From Raillietiella orientalis (lineage: Eukaryota): a DNA stretch of 64,000 nucleotides. The first letter of the stretch is position 1, and each line of letters opens with the position of its first letter. Below the pieces are notes generated by a model, which saw nothing but the letters and a program-made list of their open reading frames with translations, was not told the origin of the DNA and did no database searches. The stretch covers positions 434,001 through 498,000 of the forward strand of contig JAYWIR010000043.1 in the NCBI GenBank assembly GCA_036172245.1. Reading direction: 5' to 3'. The position numbers and the translations under genes are program-made. Of the stretch, positions 12,079 to 24,400 are shown in pieces.

Positions 12079-15000
12079 ATATGCACTATTCTGTTCCTTT
12101 CTTTAAAGTTAGTGTAATACTCTAGGCGAATATTTCATCAGTGAAATACTTATTCACATTTAAACTGCATTCGGTTCAGTGTTGTCAAGTCTTTCGCGTC
12201 ACTGGAACAGCGTAATAACGTCATCGCATGTGACATTTTCTTCCTTAATAAAAAGGTATTACTAAATTAAGAAATCAAATCTTTGTGTTTACTTTAATAA
12301 CATTTTCTAGTCTGAAAAAAGAAAAGGAAGAAAGATTATTCATGCAAGTGTTCTAGAACAAAGGGAAACAGAGAAAAAAGTTTTAGGAAGCTTTGACAAA
12401 GTAAACAACAGTTTGAAGGATCTTCAACACACATAAATGCTTGATTAGAGAAATTGGCACCTTGAGATACAGGATGCACACTTTGGAATGATTTGGACTA
12501 TTTGGACTACACCTCAAAGATTCGTTGCAGAAATTAGTTACGGTTATCATTTCGACAATCGTCAAGAAAATATCGTTCACTTTTCGTTCATCATACGAAA
12601 AGATAAAACCAAAAGACTCCGATTATGTTATAGGCATATTTCAAAAGACTTTCAATATCATTTGTCATATCAAAGTGATTAACTGATCTATTCCAACACC
12701 AACTTTACTACATTATTCTTTATTAGTGTTATCAATGTAGCATATTGCATAAAAGTTAGTATTTTAGGAATTTGTTTCCGTAATTTCTTGTTTTTACTAT
12801 GAGTGGAAGATGCTTGAGACACTAAGAACTAATAACCATATTTTATCATAAAGTCTTTTTTCCAAATAAATGCAAAAAACTTTTAGTGCATACTCCAAAG
12901 AAAGGTGAGCGAAAGATTTACACAGACAATTTTCATGGAAAAAGATTTCATCCAAGACCAGCGTGATTCATTTATAGTATATTATCTTATAGAAGTTCAC
13001 AAAATGTAATGTAGATCGAAGATCGTTTGATTTTCAATAGTGTTCCATTTCTCCGTGCAACCTAAACAAGCATCACTGGTATAACAAGGCATGTTTAAGA
13101 ATTCCTGTGTAATTACTGATGTCTTTTCCTATACAACATATACAAAATACCCAACGTACACGGAATAAATCATGCCTGTCCAATTGTTGTAATGCAGATA
13201 TGGGAATAAAACACTGGATAATTGCAAATGAAATGCGAATTTAACTTTTCAAACCACAGTCGGATTTCAGTCAAAATAAAAGCACTCTCGTCTTTTGTAA
13301 GTATTGCTTTGAAAAGGAGTTCCCTTCTCTCCTGCCTCAAGGTGGCCTTATCTATGTTGTAGAAGCCTGACAAAGCACTTCGAAAGCTCTTCCAAAACCT
13401 ACAAATATCCTTGGGTTTTGCATTAGGAACCCTAAGGAGATGATTTCAATCACTCCCATTACCCTATTGGTGAGGAATTCAGAGTAACATTCGTTGTTAT
13501 GCTATCTGTCTTTCGGTTGCTTGCCTATCCGTGACTGGAGAATTGCTGATAATCTCACTCTTCAGTTTAGAAACGTGTGCTTGCTTTCTCTTTGTAATCC
13601 ACAACGAAAACTACATGCTGTAACTACACTTCTGTTGCCACCATCTATACTGGTTACTTTGGAACAAAGTAACAGAACGGCGTGATATTGTCTTTATCGA
13701 AGAGACTTAAAAAAAGCTAACTTCGAACCCAAACTTGGAAATTATTGAACAAGGTTTTTTTTTTTTTTTTTTAGAAAAGAAAGCTCAGTAGCTGATGAAC
13801 ACATGAAAAGAGTGAATCTGTGAGGCCATGTATAAAACAATGTAAAGGAAGAAGTAGGTAGCTACTTGATCTAAGACTGAAAAAAGGTCGAAAAATCTAA
13901 CGAAAACAAATATGTGCTCATAAAAAGGCAGTGATCTCAGGCACTGATCCAACCCTCTATGAAAAAACAACTCGTCAACTGTAAGAAAATGATTAGTGCT
14001 AGTTCTTTCCTTAACAATAATGGTAATTTTGAGAGATTCGAGGGGAATTTCATTTTTTTATGGTTCGAATTTGGTGGAAAATTTGGTTTTGCGCTGATAC
14101 GCACACCACACAAGACAAAGTTTTCTTGGACAGTGCCCGAAATCATCGAATATAAGAGTTGGCAAACGGCCTTCGTGGATGACAGAAGTGTCTAGTATTG
14201 AAATGGCTTTCTCAGATTAGGATCTCTTTCAATGAAATCGCCTTTTCTTCTTTGTGGTGTGTTTTCGAAGCAACAAAAAACTCTAACAGTGCTCTTCTGT
14301 GGCAATACATTAGGGCATATCAAGTACATTCCCCGATGTAGATTCAAGTCCGTACACAACAGGAGGAAACAAGAATTCCTTGCTATAAGTTGTAAGAAAG
14401 TAAAAGATTGGAAAAGTAGTTTTTATATACTGGCGTATGAAATATTCGTATAGAAACTCGTATCTTTACGGCTTTGCTGTAGGTGACTGTTTTCTATGGG
14501 CACTATTTACCTCTAAATCACGAACTTCCAAAGCATTTAGCAGAAGTATTTCTCCTCTTCACTAGGAAAATATCCGAACAAATTCTCTCCCGAAACTCAT
14601 AAATTATGGCAATACTAACAGGAAATCGAGATCCACTGTTCTAAACTCGGTTCTTGCCACATCTTGCTAGCTATGGAGGGTGCTCAATAGAATTCGGCTA
14701 GTGTTAGAACGAAGCACATCTGATCAGATCATGATCTGATCGAGTACTTGATGATCATGATCATACTCGATCAAGTCAGTAATGACATCCACGATGAATT
14801 GTCGTGTGAACGGAAGTCGGAGGCGGGAGTCGACCAATTTGATTGATCAATCAACTACCACAGGTAGCAGGGAAGCCTGCAGAACTAAAGGTTTTAGAGT
14901 TCAAAGCCTGTGGATGAGGTCTCAAAACAAGGATTTGGGAGGTCAATGCATTAAGTTGGCTAAGTGAGGGTGAGGAGCAGGTGCCAAGTGTGAAGCCTCG

Positions 15001-18000
15001 AATTAAGTTTGAAAACGTTGTTTGGAATCTGCCAATTTAGGGAGGAGGCATCTACGCATCGGTTTCTGTATTTGAACTCCATGGAGTTTTTCTTAAGATC
15101 CCTGGAACGAGAGAAATGCTGGAGTGTTTTTCGAACGCTTCGAACGAAATTGTTTTACCTTCTGAGCAAAGGAAGGCATGCCAGTGGAGACGCTGGTTTC
15201 TCACATCGGAACTTTCGCTCTCAGAAATGTAAGTTGAGTGGCTCATACGAAGTTTCCATCTAAGTGATCCGCAAGAAGAATTGCAAAACGATTAGAGTTT
15301 CCATTATCAATGGTTCCACAAAGATACACCTGAGGTCATCAAAAAGTATTCATCTCAAATTAGTCCATTAACATATATTTCAGCATACATGGAATGTGTT
15401 TATTCCCACATTACAAAGCTATTTACTCGTCCCATCATATGGTGTCTACTGCCACAGAATGCAAAATCCAGGAGAGTTGCCGAAGCCTAGTTAGCAGGAA
15501 TGATAAAAATTAGGAGAATGGGTAAGAGTGAGTGAGGAAACCTAAAGTTGCATTGGACGAAGGAACTTTCAGCAGGCTGAGTAACTTTGAAGGGGAATTG
15601 TCTGAAAACCAATGGAATTCTTTCGAAAAATTGGTCGCAGCATTGCCTTGTAAATACATCATTGGATCGACTCTGGAAAGAGCCGTGCAGCTTTCCTATA
15701 ACTGCATTTTCTTATCCTGCATTCCTCAGTAATATTTTTACGACACCTGACGTCATTCAGCAAACAGTTGAAGTTGTCCAAATTGCCTCGAACTTCCATT
15801 CGGAGCTGTTTCCCCCCTTTCGCCATGTCTCCATAAACACAGACGTGGAGGGAAGAGCTGGAGTTCGTTCTCAAGTACTAAAAGATAACGAAGCACAGCT
15901 TCGAACTCGAAGAGCCTTATCTTTTCCCAAACGCATAATGCATGGATTCAGGAAAATCACAAACAAGAGTTTTCACTTGTTTGGGACGCAATACACTTCC
16001 ATACAGAAGAAAAAATGAACCAGCAGCAGCAGGCAAGAACACTATGAAGTCTGCTGACCGTCACAAAGTTTCGACTTCTCGTCAGATCAGAAGGTGACAC
16101 CAGAGAACGGCACAGTTGTGTTTGAACTCAATGAGCACAAAGCGAAAAAAAAAATGTGGTTGGTGTATGAGAATCTTCGTTTCTGCTTAATTTCGGCTGG
16201 TTGGACGCAAGCGGAGAGAAAGTTCCCGCGATCACAATGTGGACATTCCCTCTAGAGAAGTATCGGAAGTAAAACTGCCGTTTACAAGGGAAAACCTAAC
16301 AACCTTTGGAAAGTGCATGTGTGCGCTCATATCCTAAGATGAAACCTGTCGGCAACACAGAGATCATCTAGCAGTTAGGATAGATTTTATCCTTCATCCA
16401 CTATCCAGAGAAACAGAAAGAACTGGATTTCCGGAAGTACATTCTGCTCAGACATCAGCTGATGACTGAATTCTATGGGGAAATTCAGCTGAATCCATTG
16501 CCAATTTCAAAGGGTCATGGCTGATTTTTAAACTCATTCATTTTCATCAGAGGTGGCTGCTTATTTTCCTTTTCGAAAGATCAGCTTCCTCACTACGTTT
16601 TATGACCCACGGTAACCAAGGAAACTGGTTTCCCGCAAGCACGTTCAAGTTCGACCTGAAAAATGTGGTATTTCGAACTTGTCGATTCAAAACGTAAGCA
16701 CTGCGCTAGCAATAGGGCGATGAGAGCTGAGCTCCTGAAATCGGATTTCATTGAAAATGAGTAGTGTGACTGGAAATCGTCGTGGAGGTCCGTGTCTTCT
16801 ACTCGAGCTTCTGTTTGAATTCAGAGAAAGAGACAAAGAAATGCCCTGCAAAGGTTGTGCAGTCGTATGTAGTCAGTGACTGCATTCACTGCTTACATAT
16901 GGCGTGAGAGAAACGTGTGCATCCTGAGAAAGAAAAAAACGCACACCTTTATGTGCCATTTTTCGTGTTGTCAATAGCCAAAATCATACGTGCTCAAATT
17001 CAGAAAGATGGCGGCATCGCATGCCGAAACGTCTCCTATATCTCCAGCAATGGATTGGTTTTGAATTCCTTGGCTACCCACTTTTCGTCTTTCCAAGGCT
17101 CAACCCGGCTATCGGCATTTCACTAAGCAAATAGTCAATCGATGATCAAATATAAAGAAACTAGTCAGGGAATAATGCTAGGTGGCAAATTAATGCTGGG
17201 TGGTTTTGATAATGATCTTCGTAAGAGCTTTCTCTGTGATCCTGTTCTTGAGGCTCGGCAGCACTAAACTGGCGGGGTATTCTTGCTGATCTCTGACTAA
17301 TTCATTGAAAGGTGGAGTTCTCTTCTAGTGCTCAGAACTTCATACCTCCTCGAGATCGCTCCTTCTCGAAACATGCACTTTGCTGATTCAGGAGCCTTCG
17401 CTCTCAGAGAGCCAGAGGAAACACATCCTGTTTCTCGCTGGCACCTCTTACACACATTCGGTGTGCGGGGTGCAAACGCCAATGCACGAACAAGAATCAC
17501 TTGTTGTTGTTGGAAGGGAATACTGATGTCTCAGACAATTACACCCAGGTCGTGTCATCATGTGACGAAGGATTTTGAGACCTATGAAAGATTTCTCAGC
17601 ATCGCTATAGAGAGCTGTAGTTTATGGCTCCGCCATCAGGTCACTATCCTGAGATTCTGGATCGCGGACGACTGGCGGACGCTGGAGCTACTGGGTGACA
17701 TTGTCTGGTTTGAGATCTGGAGTTATGAGAGTCTCTTCTCTCAGGAAACTTGAGGCTGATGCAAGAGACCGTTTCCGTCTATGCTGGCACTCACTTTCCT
17801 AGACAAAATGTTCGTCTTCCCGAGCGCGGATCAAGGTTGGACGAACTTGGTGCTCGGGATGAATCTCTTACTTTGTTGGTTGAGCAATGAGATACTATGA
17901 TCACATGATTTAGGCTTGGGATATTTTCTCTGCATTCCAGGCAGGGAGGTCTGCATCTCGTTTAGAGAAGGCGAAGTTTCCAGCTAGTGATAATCAAGTC

Positions 18001-19749
18001 TCCGTTCCCATCTTCGACGATGATGTTGCCCCTGCACTAAGCTGAAGATCAGATTGCTTCCATCGGAACCCGGAGAAGAAACCTTTGATCGGATGGCTGC
18101 AAAATGGCCGAGAGCTTTTGCAAATCTGAAAGATTTTCTTTTGGGATTCTCACCTCTGGACAAGATGGAGCATCGGAGTTTCGGATTGGTTCTGTTTATG
18201 CTCACAAAACTTGCAGAAGACATGCTTTTTCGAGTTCAAAGAGGAAGAGGAATTGAATGAGACCTGGAAGCCGATGTTCCCTGATCAACCGACGAGAATC
18301 CATTGCGTCATTTGCTTTTCTGACAGAAGATGTCCTGCCAATACTTCTCTTGGGTCAGTGGATGCTGGGAGGGCTCGCAGTTACTTCCAGGAAAACTTGT
18401 GCTTGGAAGAGTGATGGGTGCTTCAAACATAACCAATTCTTTGAGGAAGAGAGAGATGCTTCATCGATAACGGATTAACACGCCTCGCTTGATAACGCTT
18501 TGTATGCCCAGAGTCCTGAGGGGGGCTGAGCTGTAGGTACTTTACGCGTACCTCAATTTTGGTGCCTTCATGCAAGTCTTCAGCACTCCTTATCCTAGAA
18601 AAACTCCCCACAGATCTTCAGACCTCTAACCGCTATCATCCATGAAACAAATCCACACATATGACTGCCTAGTATGGAGGAACTCTGTGAATCCCGTCTC
18701 GAGCAGACGCAGTAGCTCACTCCTGTTCCGTAGACCTCCGACGCTATCAAAGTAGAGAGTGATATCATGTCCTGGGGCGATGTTTCCATCATTCTACATA
18801 CTTCAGACAGTGTCGATAAAATGTTGGTCTTCAGGAATGGAGTGGTCACTAACTCTGCCGAACAGATCACCTCTTGCTCGTGCCAGTGTGAACAGACATA
18901 TTGAAAGTATCCTTCAATGTGGAGGAAGCGCAAAACCAGTCAAGATTTCTTATATCGCGACCCTCTTGAAATGTTGAACCTTGTGGGAATATCATTCTGT
19001 TTTTTCCACTACTTTTACATGCCCCAGCATGGGTCAAAGGAACGAAATCTTCTAATGCTGAGGTCAGCTCCTCATACCAGTATAAAGCTCTTCCATACGC
19101 CCGTTGCTTCCTCGAAACCGCCCTGGAAGCAAACTCATCGAAGAGTTCATTGAATCTGATCTTCTTAGCCTCAAGGAGATTTATCCTCTCGAGACTAATC
19201 TTGGCAGTGTATTCACACGTATTCGCACGTATTCAGTCATGCCTTCTTTGCGGCTAGATGCGCTTGAAACTCCAGAATGTTGCTATCCCTAGGGATAGTG
19301 TAGACCTTATCTCTGAATAAAAGGCAGGAACTCCCTCTAGAGGTGGAAGACACGCAACGGGGGCCAAAGTTCCTCACCCTTCTGCGCATCGCTTCCCGGA
19401 CACGGGAAACCAGTCTGCACCTCGTAATGGTCATTCAATGAACCGCTGTCGAGTGAATTGACTTCCTCCACAAAGATTATGCATTTTATCTTTCTCTGTC
19501 ATTTTTGCTTTTTTTTCTGTTCTGGCCAGTCTCTTTCTTTGATTCGCTTCCTAATTCTTGCCGACGGCTTCGCATCCTACGGAGTTCCAAGACTGTAAGA
19601 TTCGACTGCTTTGTTCTAGATATGCTCTGTCGATATTTTTATTCATGTCCTGCACGATGATCTTCCCAGAAACAGATTGCTGTTTCTTCTCCGATGTAAG
19701 TAACATCATTCCTTGCTTTGCGTGTCTTCATTGGAGTGAGATATTTCAG

Positions 19750-20645
19750 CCACGCTGGGATCCGAAAGATGGTGGACTCGTGCCCGGCCAGAACGAAGCC
19801 AGAGGAAACTATGGTGGAGGTCCGCAGCGATCCGAACGTGCAAATTGGTCGTAAGAGCTGGATGTAGGGGCGAAAGGCAAATCGAACCATCTGGTAGCTT
19901 CTGGCTCCTTCCTAAGTTTCCCTCAGGATAGCTGGCGCTCGCTGAAGCAGGAAAAGAACGGAGTCTCATCCGGTAAAGCGAATGATTCGAAGCCTTGTGG
20001 CCGAAATGACATCAACCTATTCTCAAACTTGAAATGGGTGGGAAGTCCGGCTTGCTTGAAAGCTGAAGCTCGGACTGTCGGATCCATGAGCGTCCAGTGG
20101 GCCCATTTTGGTAAGCAGAACTGGTGCTGCGGGATGAACCAAATATTGGGTTTCGGCGCCCGATGTGATTCTCATCAGATCCCATGCAAGATGTTGGTTG
20201 CTATGAACAGCAGGACGGCGGCCATGGAGGTCGGAATCCGCTAACGAATGTCGGCGAAGACTCACCTGTCGCAGCAGCCCGAAAATGGCGTGAAAATGGA
20301 TGGCGCTCAAGCGTCGTGTCTGCACCCCACCTCCGGGACAAAGCCGTTCCTGCCTTCCGGCACACCGCCGACGGAGGACGGCAGGTTCCTCCGGTTCCGA
20401 CGAGTAGGAGGGTCGCGCGCGCGGAAGAAGCGTTTGGGCGCTAGCTCGCCTGGAATCACCGTCAGCGCAGATCTTGGTGGTAGTAGCAAATACTCCAGTG
20501 GGATCCTGGAGGTCTGATATGGAGAAGGGTTCCATGGGAACAGCCTTTGAACACGGTCCTCAGTCGATCCTAAGTCCCCGGAGAAATACCGATGGAGCTT
20601 TCTTCGGTGGAGTTCTCGGATCCGCAACTTTGAAGAGGGAAGGCG
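19750..20645 (+). rRNA. Orphan diverged 28S (LSU) rRNA fragment, probable rDNA pseudogene
   Basis: Collinear matches to conserved eukaryotic LSU motifs: CCGAAAGATGGTG, GAAGCCAGAGGAAAC..TGGTGGAGGTCCG, AGGGGCGAAAG..AATCGAACCATCT, AAGTTTCCCTCAGGATAGCTGG, CAACCTATTCTCAAACTT, TTTTGGTAAGCAGAACTGG, GTCGGAATCCGCTAA, GCAGATCTTGGTGGTAGTAGCAAATA, GGAGAAGGGTTCCATG. No 18S, 5.8S or remaining 28S in the window; there are substitutions inside normally invariant motifs. Confidence 0.9.
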
Positions 20646-20649
20646 GAGA

Positions 20650-21100
20650 AGAGGCTTCATGCTGCGGGATTCCTATAGGGAATTCTCTCCACCGCGTCAC
20701 CCCGCACTCGCCAACGAATACCGGGTCTCTCGGTTTAAGGTGTGCGGTCGCCGGTCTCTTGGAAGCGAGAGAGAGGGCTTCTGGCTGTTTTTCCAGAACG
20801 ATCTCGGCCGATGTCAGATCCCGGGCGAGGGCGCAGGGATTCCAGACCAGAATAGGAACCTCATCCATCTTCCTCCCTTCCTCCTTCATGAGGGGTTGCT
20901 GGTCGGGTCTCTCCGTTCTTTGCAGATTCTTTTTCAAGTCTGATCATTCCTCGCTGCAAGGGTGCCGTGGAGAAAGTGCTCAGAGGAGGTTTGCCGGCAT
21001 TCACGGGCCGGTCGGGGAAGCAAGTCTCAGGCAAGCTCTTCACTTCCGCGTCCACCCTGGGAGAGGAATCTTGCCACTGCAAAGTACCGGGTCCCCAGGT
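20650..21100 (-). mobile_element. Possible decayed Ty3/Gypsy integrase relic abutting the 28S fragment
   Basis: Frameshifted minus-strand pieces WQDSSPRVDAEVKSLPETC, STAP..., MRFLFW..NP..TSAEIVL and HLKPRDPVFV occur in the order expected for gypsy integrase (WP.ID.DV...C; TAPYHP; RFLF.YR.TPH..TG.SPAE; GD.V.V). Weak. Confidence 0.3.
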
Positions 21101-21486
21101 ATGCCGCAGTGCCGTTTGCGCGACAGCATTTGCACATGCGTTCGTGCACATTTGCACAATGTACACGAACTATACGCACAACTGCTGATATGGAATATAA
21201 ATGTATATACTACATGCAGGACATCCACGCAATGCAGGTCATTTTGCTCGTTTGAGACAAGATCAAACGCGTTTATTGAAATATAAGATTCGCCTTGCAA
21301 TTTAATTTAATGTTTAATGAAATAAAAATGCTGGCAGTGCACAGTTGTTTCCTCCCTAATTATGTCGGATAGCCCGAGGGAAAATAATCTTCGGGAAAGC
21401 CACCAGTAGTGCAAACGTGCGAAGCAATTCAAGAGCTATGGTTTAATTTCCATCAACTTCAGGAACACCTTGCTGCTTTACAGGAT

Positions 21487-24400
21487 ATGAAAGCAATAGA
21501 CGGAAAGGTAATTTGGCCAACGAAGCATTCATTTAAATTGCAGCTCCAGTGGTTGGTTCTTGCCTTTTGTGTGCTTACTCTCTTTTGCCGTGCCGAAGAA
21601 GAGAGTTTGGATAAGTACTTTTATTCAATCTCCAACTCGTCTAGTTTGATAGGTAAGCAATTATGTATTCAAAGACAGTCAGTCGTGTCGGACGTGATTC
21701 CAGTAGAAAATCTTATCGTGAGAAAAGAAATCCTGTGTATTAGACGAACTCCTCTTTCTAAATTTGCATAGCAGGTCAGTGTTAGGAGGGACGACAACCT
21801 GCGCTAAGGCTATGGCATCAAGAAAATTCTTGCCTCTGCTAACAGTAAAAAGCTCTTGTGATCGTTTAGGAAGAGACTCGACAACAGAAAAGTGCAGACT
21901 ATTCTCAAATACTTGAAATTAGAGTTCTCAAGTTTCAATATCTCAGGATTCCGACTAGAACAAGGAAAACCGAATCACTGGCTGGTAGCCGCCATTTCGA
22001 GCGCTTTCACGTGATCTTTCATCCATAGCTATCGTTTCATTTCAACCTGCAGGTCGAGTCTCATTTGCAATGTGTGTCTTCCTCCCTAGAAGGGTAGGTG
22101 AATTTGGTCTTCATCGATGAGGAAGTGTTCCACGCAGTTGTTTGATAAGATATACAGAGTCCGGTGCTCAAATCTATTCATGTGCAAAGCATAAGAATGC
22201 TGCTTCGTCTGGTCAAAATGAGCTCGTGTTCCTTCGTTTCATCTTCCTTCCATTCTTCCACTTACTTGGACCTGCATTTGTCTGCGCCCACAGTTGCATC
22301 TCCAGAAGAAAAGATTTCTAAGAGGAATCGGACCGAATCGGACTTGGTCGACGAAATGTCAGTGCATGGCGCCAAGGCGGTGTCATGCCTTCCACATTTC
22401 ATCGATTCTGTTTTGTGATGATTTTAGAACAGATTTTGCGAGCCTCTATTGGAATTCGTACAGGGTCCCACCAGAATTTTCACGCTTCCTTTCCAATGTT
22501 AAGGTTTTCGCATCGAAGGGAACTTGGAATGTAGGTAGCAATGCACCGAGATTTATGAATTAGCTTGTTGATAATTGATCTTCCTCCTTGTTCGTTTCAG
22601 TTTGCCAAAATAACGTTAATCATTTTTCAGAGCTCAAAAGAATAAAGGGATCGTTAAACGCTATCTTCAGAGAAGCATTATCACGAGTTAACAGTCTGGG
22701 GCACTATGAAGAAGGTCTTAAAAGAAAAGGGCTAGGGGTAAAATTTGGAGCCCCATACCACTTTCTGGAAGAAAGACATTATGGAGATCCTTTTACAGAA
22801 TACTTGTCGCGTGCAGGTTTAAGTCAGCTGGAAGTCATGACCCACATCCTGGCAAAGTAAACAGTTCTTAAAAATTCCTTTTTTGCGTATTTGGAGATCG
22901 AATGGTCTCTTGTCGAAATTTCACGCTGAATGTAAAAAAACCTTTGACAAGCGCGGACATCCCTAATTTAATCCTAGGATTGAAAAAAAAAACGAAAAAT
23001 GTGATCTGAATTTTTTCTGTTCCGATCTTGATTCGTGATCATAAGATGAATAGCAGAAATGGCTCACCATGGGAAGTTCTTAATAGTAAGCTCCCGCGTT
23101 CGGTATCTCTCGGTTTCGAAGAATTAACAGCAGTAGTCGATAACACCTCATCACCCGTTGTGTCATACGCAGATGAGCAACCGAGGAAAGAAATGCCGAG
23201 CACTCATTCTTATCTCTTCTCCCTTTCCTCCTCCTCATCTTCAAGAATCCCACCTGGAGTTTCTTCCGGGGATCTTTCTCGATTTACATTCCGAAACACG
23301 GGTCTCGACTTCACGTGCTTCCCCACGAACCTTCGTTGCACCAGAAGTTCCAAGTACCGTTCTTACGATGGTAGCTGCAACAACCGCGTGCATCCTCTGC
23401 GGGGAGCTGCAGACACACCGATGCTGCGTCTCTTGCCCCCCGCTTATCAAGACGGTAAGAAAATAATGCCAGGCGTTTTCCGCTGCAATCATGGTAGGTG
23501 TGTGGGAAATGCGGCTATCCGAGGCAGGTGGCAGTCTGCCTTCTGCAAGACTAATTAGCTTGATCTTACACCAGCCGGTCCATCAGCCTCACAAGGCAGT
23601 CAATAGTCTCTTCGTTCATTTTGCTCAGTTTGTCGGCCAAGATCTCATGCAAACGCCTACTTTCAGAGGTAGGAAATGCAAATCAGTACGGAGGAAGTAA
23701 CTTGCTGAAAATGGGAACAGGAAAGGGTAACTTGAAAATCAATTGCTGCAGCGAGTCTGGAACGTTTCTCAACAAGGATTTCGTGCACAGAGCGTGCGCT
23801 CCGATCGAAATCCCCAAAGACGACCCTTTTTACAGGAAACATCACATGAGATGCATGAACTTCGTAAGATCCTGCCCGTCTCCAAAGATGTCTTGCTCTT
23901 TGGGAGCTATGGAGCAGGTTCGTCCAATGTCATCTCAACTTTTCATCCTGGAAAAATCATTGACAAGGACAGTAAGCCCTTCTATACTTCATAGCGAGGC
24001 AGACAGCTTAGTAAAGTTCTTCAGGGAAGGTGCCATACTTGAAATGGCATGTGCGTTTTTTAGGTTGTATGCCTGCGAGCTACTGGCGTTGCCAGTGAAA
24101 GTGCATGCCGAATTCCACTGACTTTCCTCAGCTGTTTGTTCGAGCTCTACATCTCGAGCTAGTAATCGGTTCTTCTTGGACACACGTTTTCCGGACTGGG
24201 CCCCCATAACCATACTTGGAATCCATCAGTTGGTTTATTTTCCCTTATGCTTGCAAATGACATGAGTATCGCTGTTCGCTATTCGCTTTTTCGTGTAGCC
24301 CTCTAATCCGAAATCAAGAAAACCACTCTATAAAACTGGCAGTGATCGGCAATGATCTAAAAATGCACATAGCTTTGAACGCGAAAAGTACCGAAACTCC

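Noticed and set aside
20023..21286. Long ORFs (170 aa on -, 270 aa on +) in the ORF track
   Set aside because: They overlap the GC-rich 28S fragment and TE relic; these are chance open frames.
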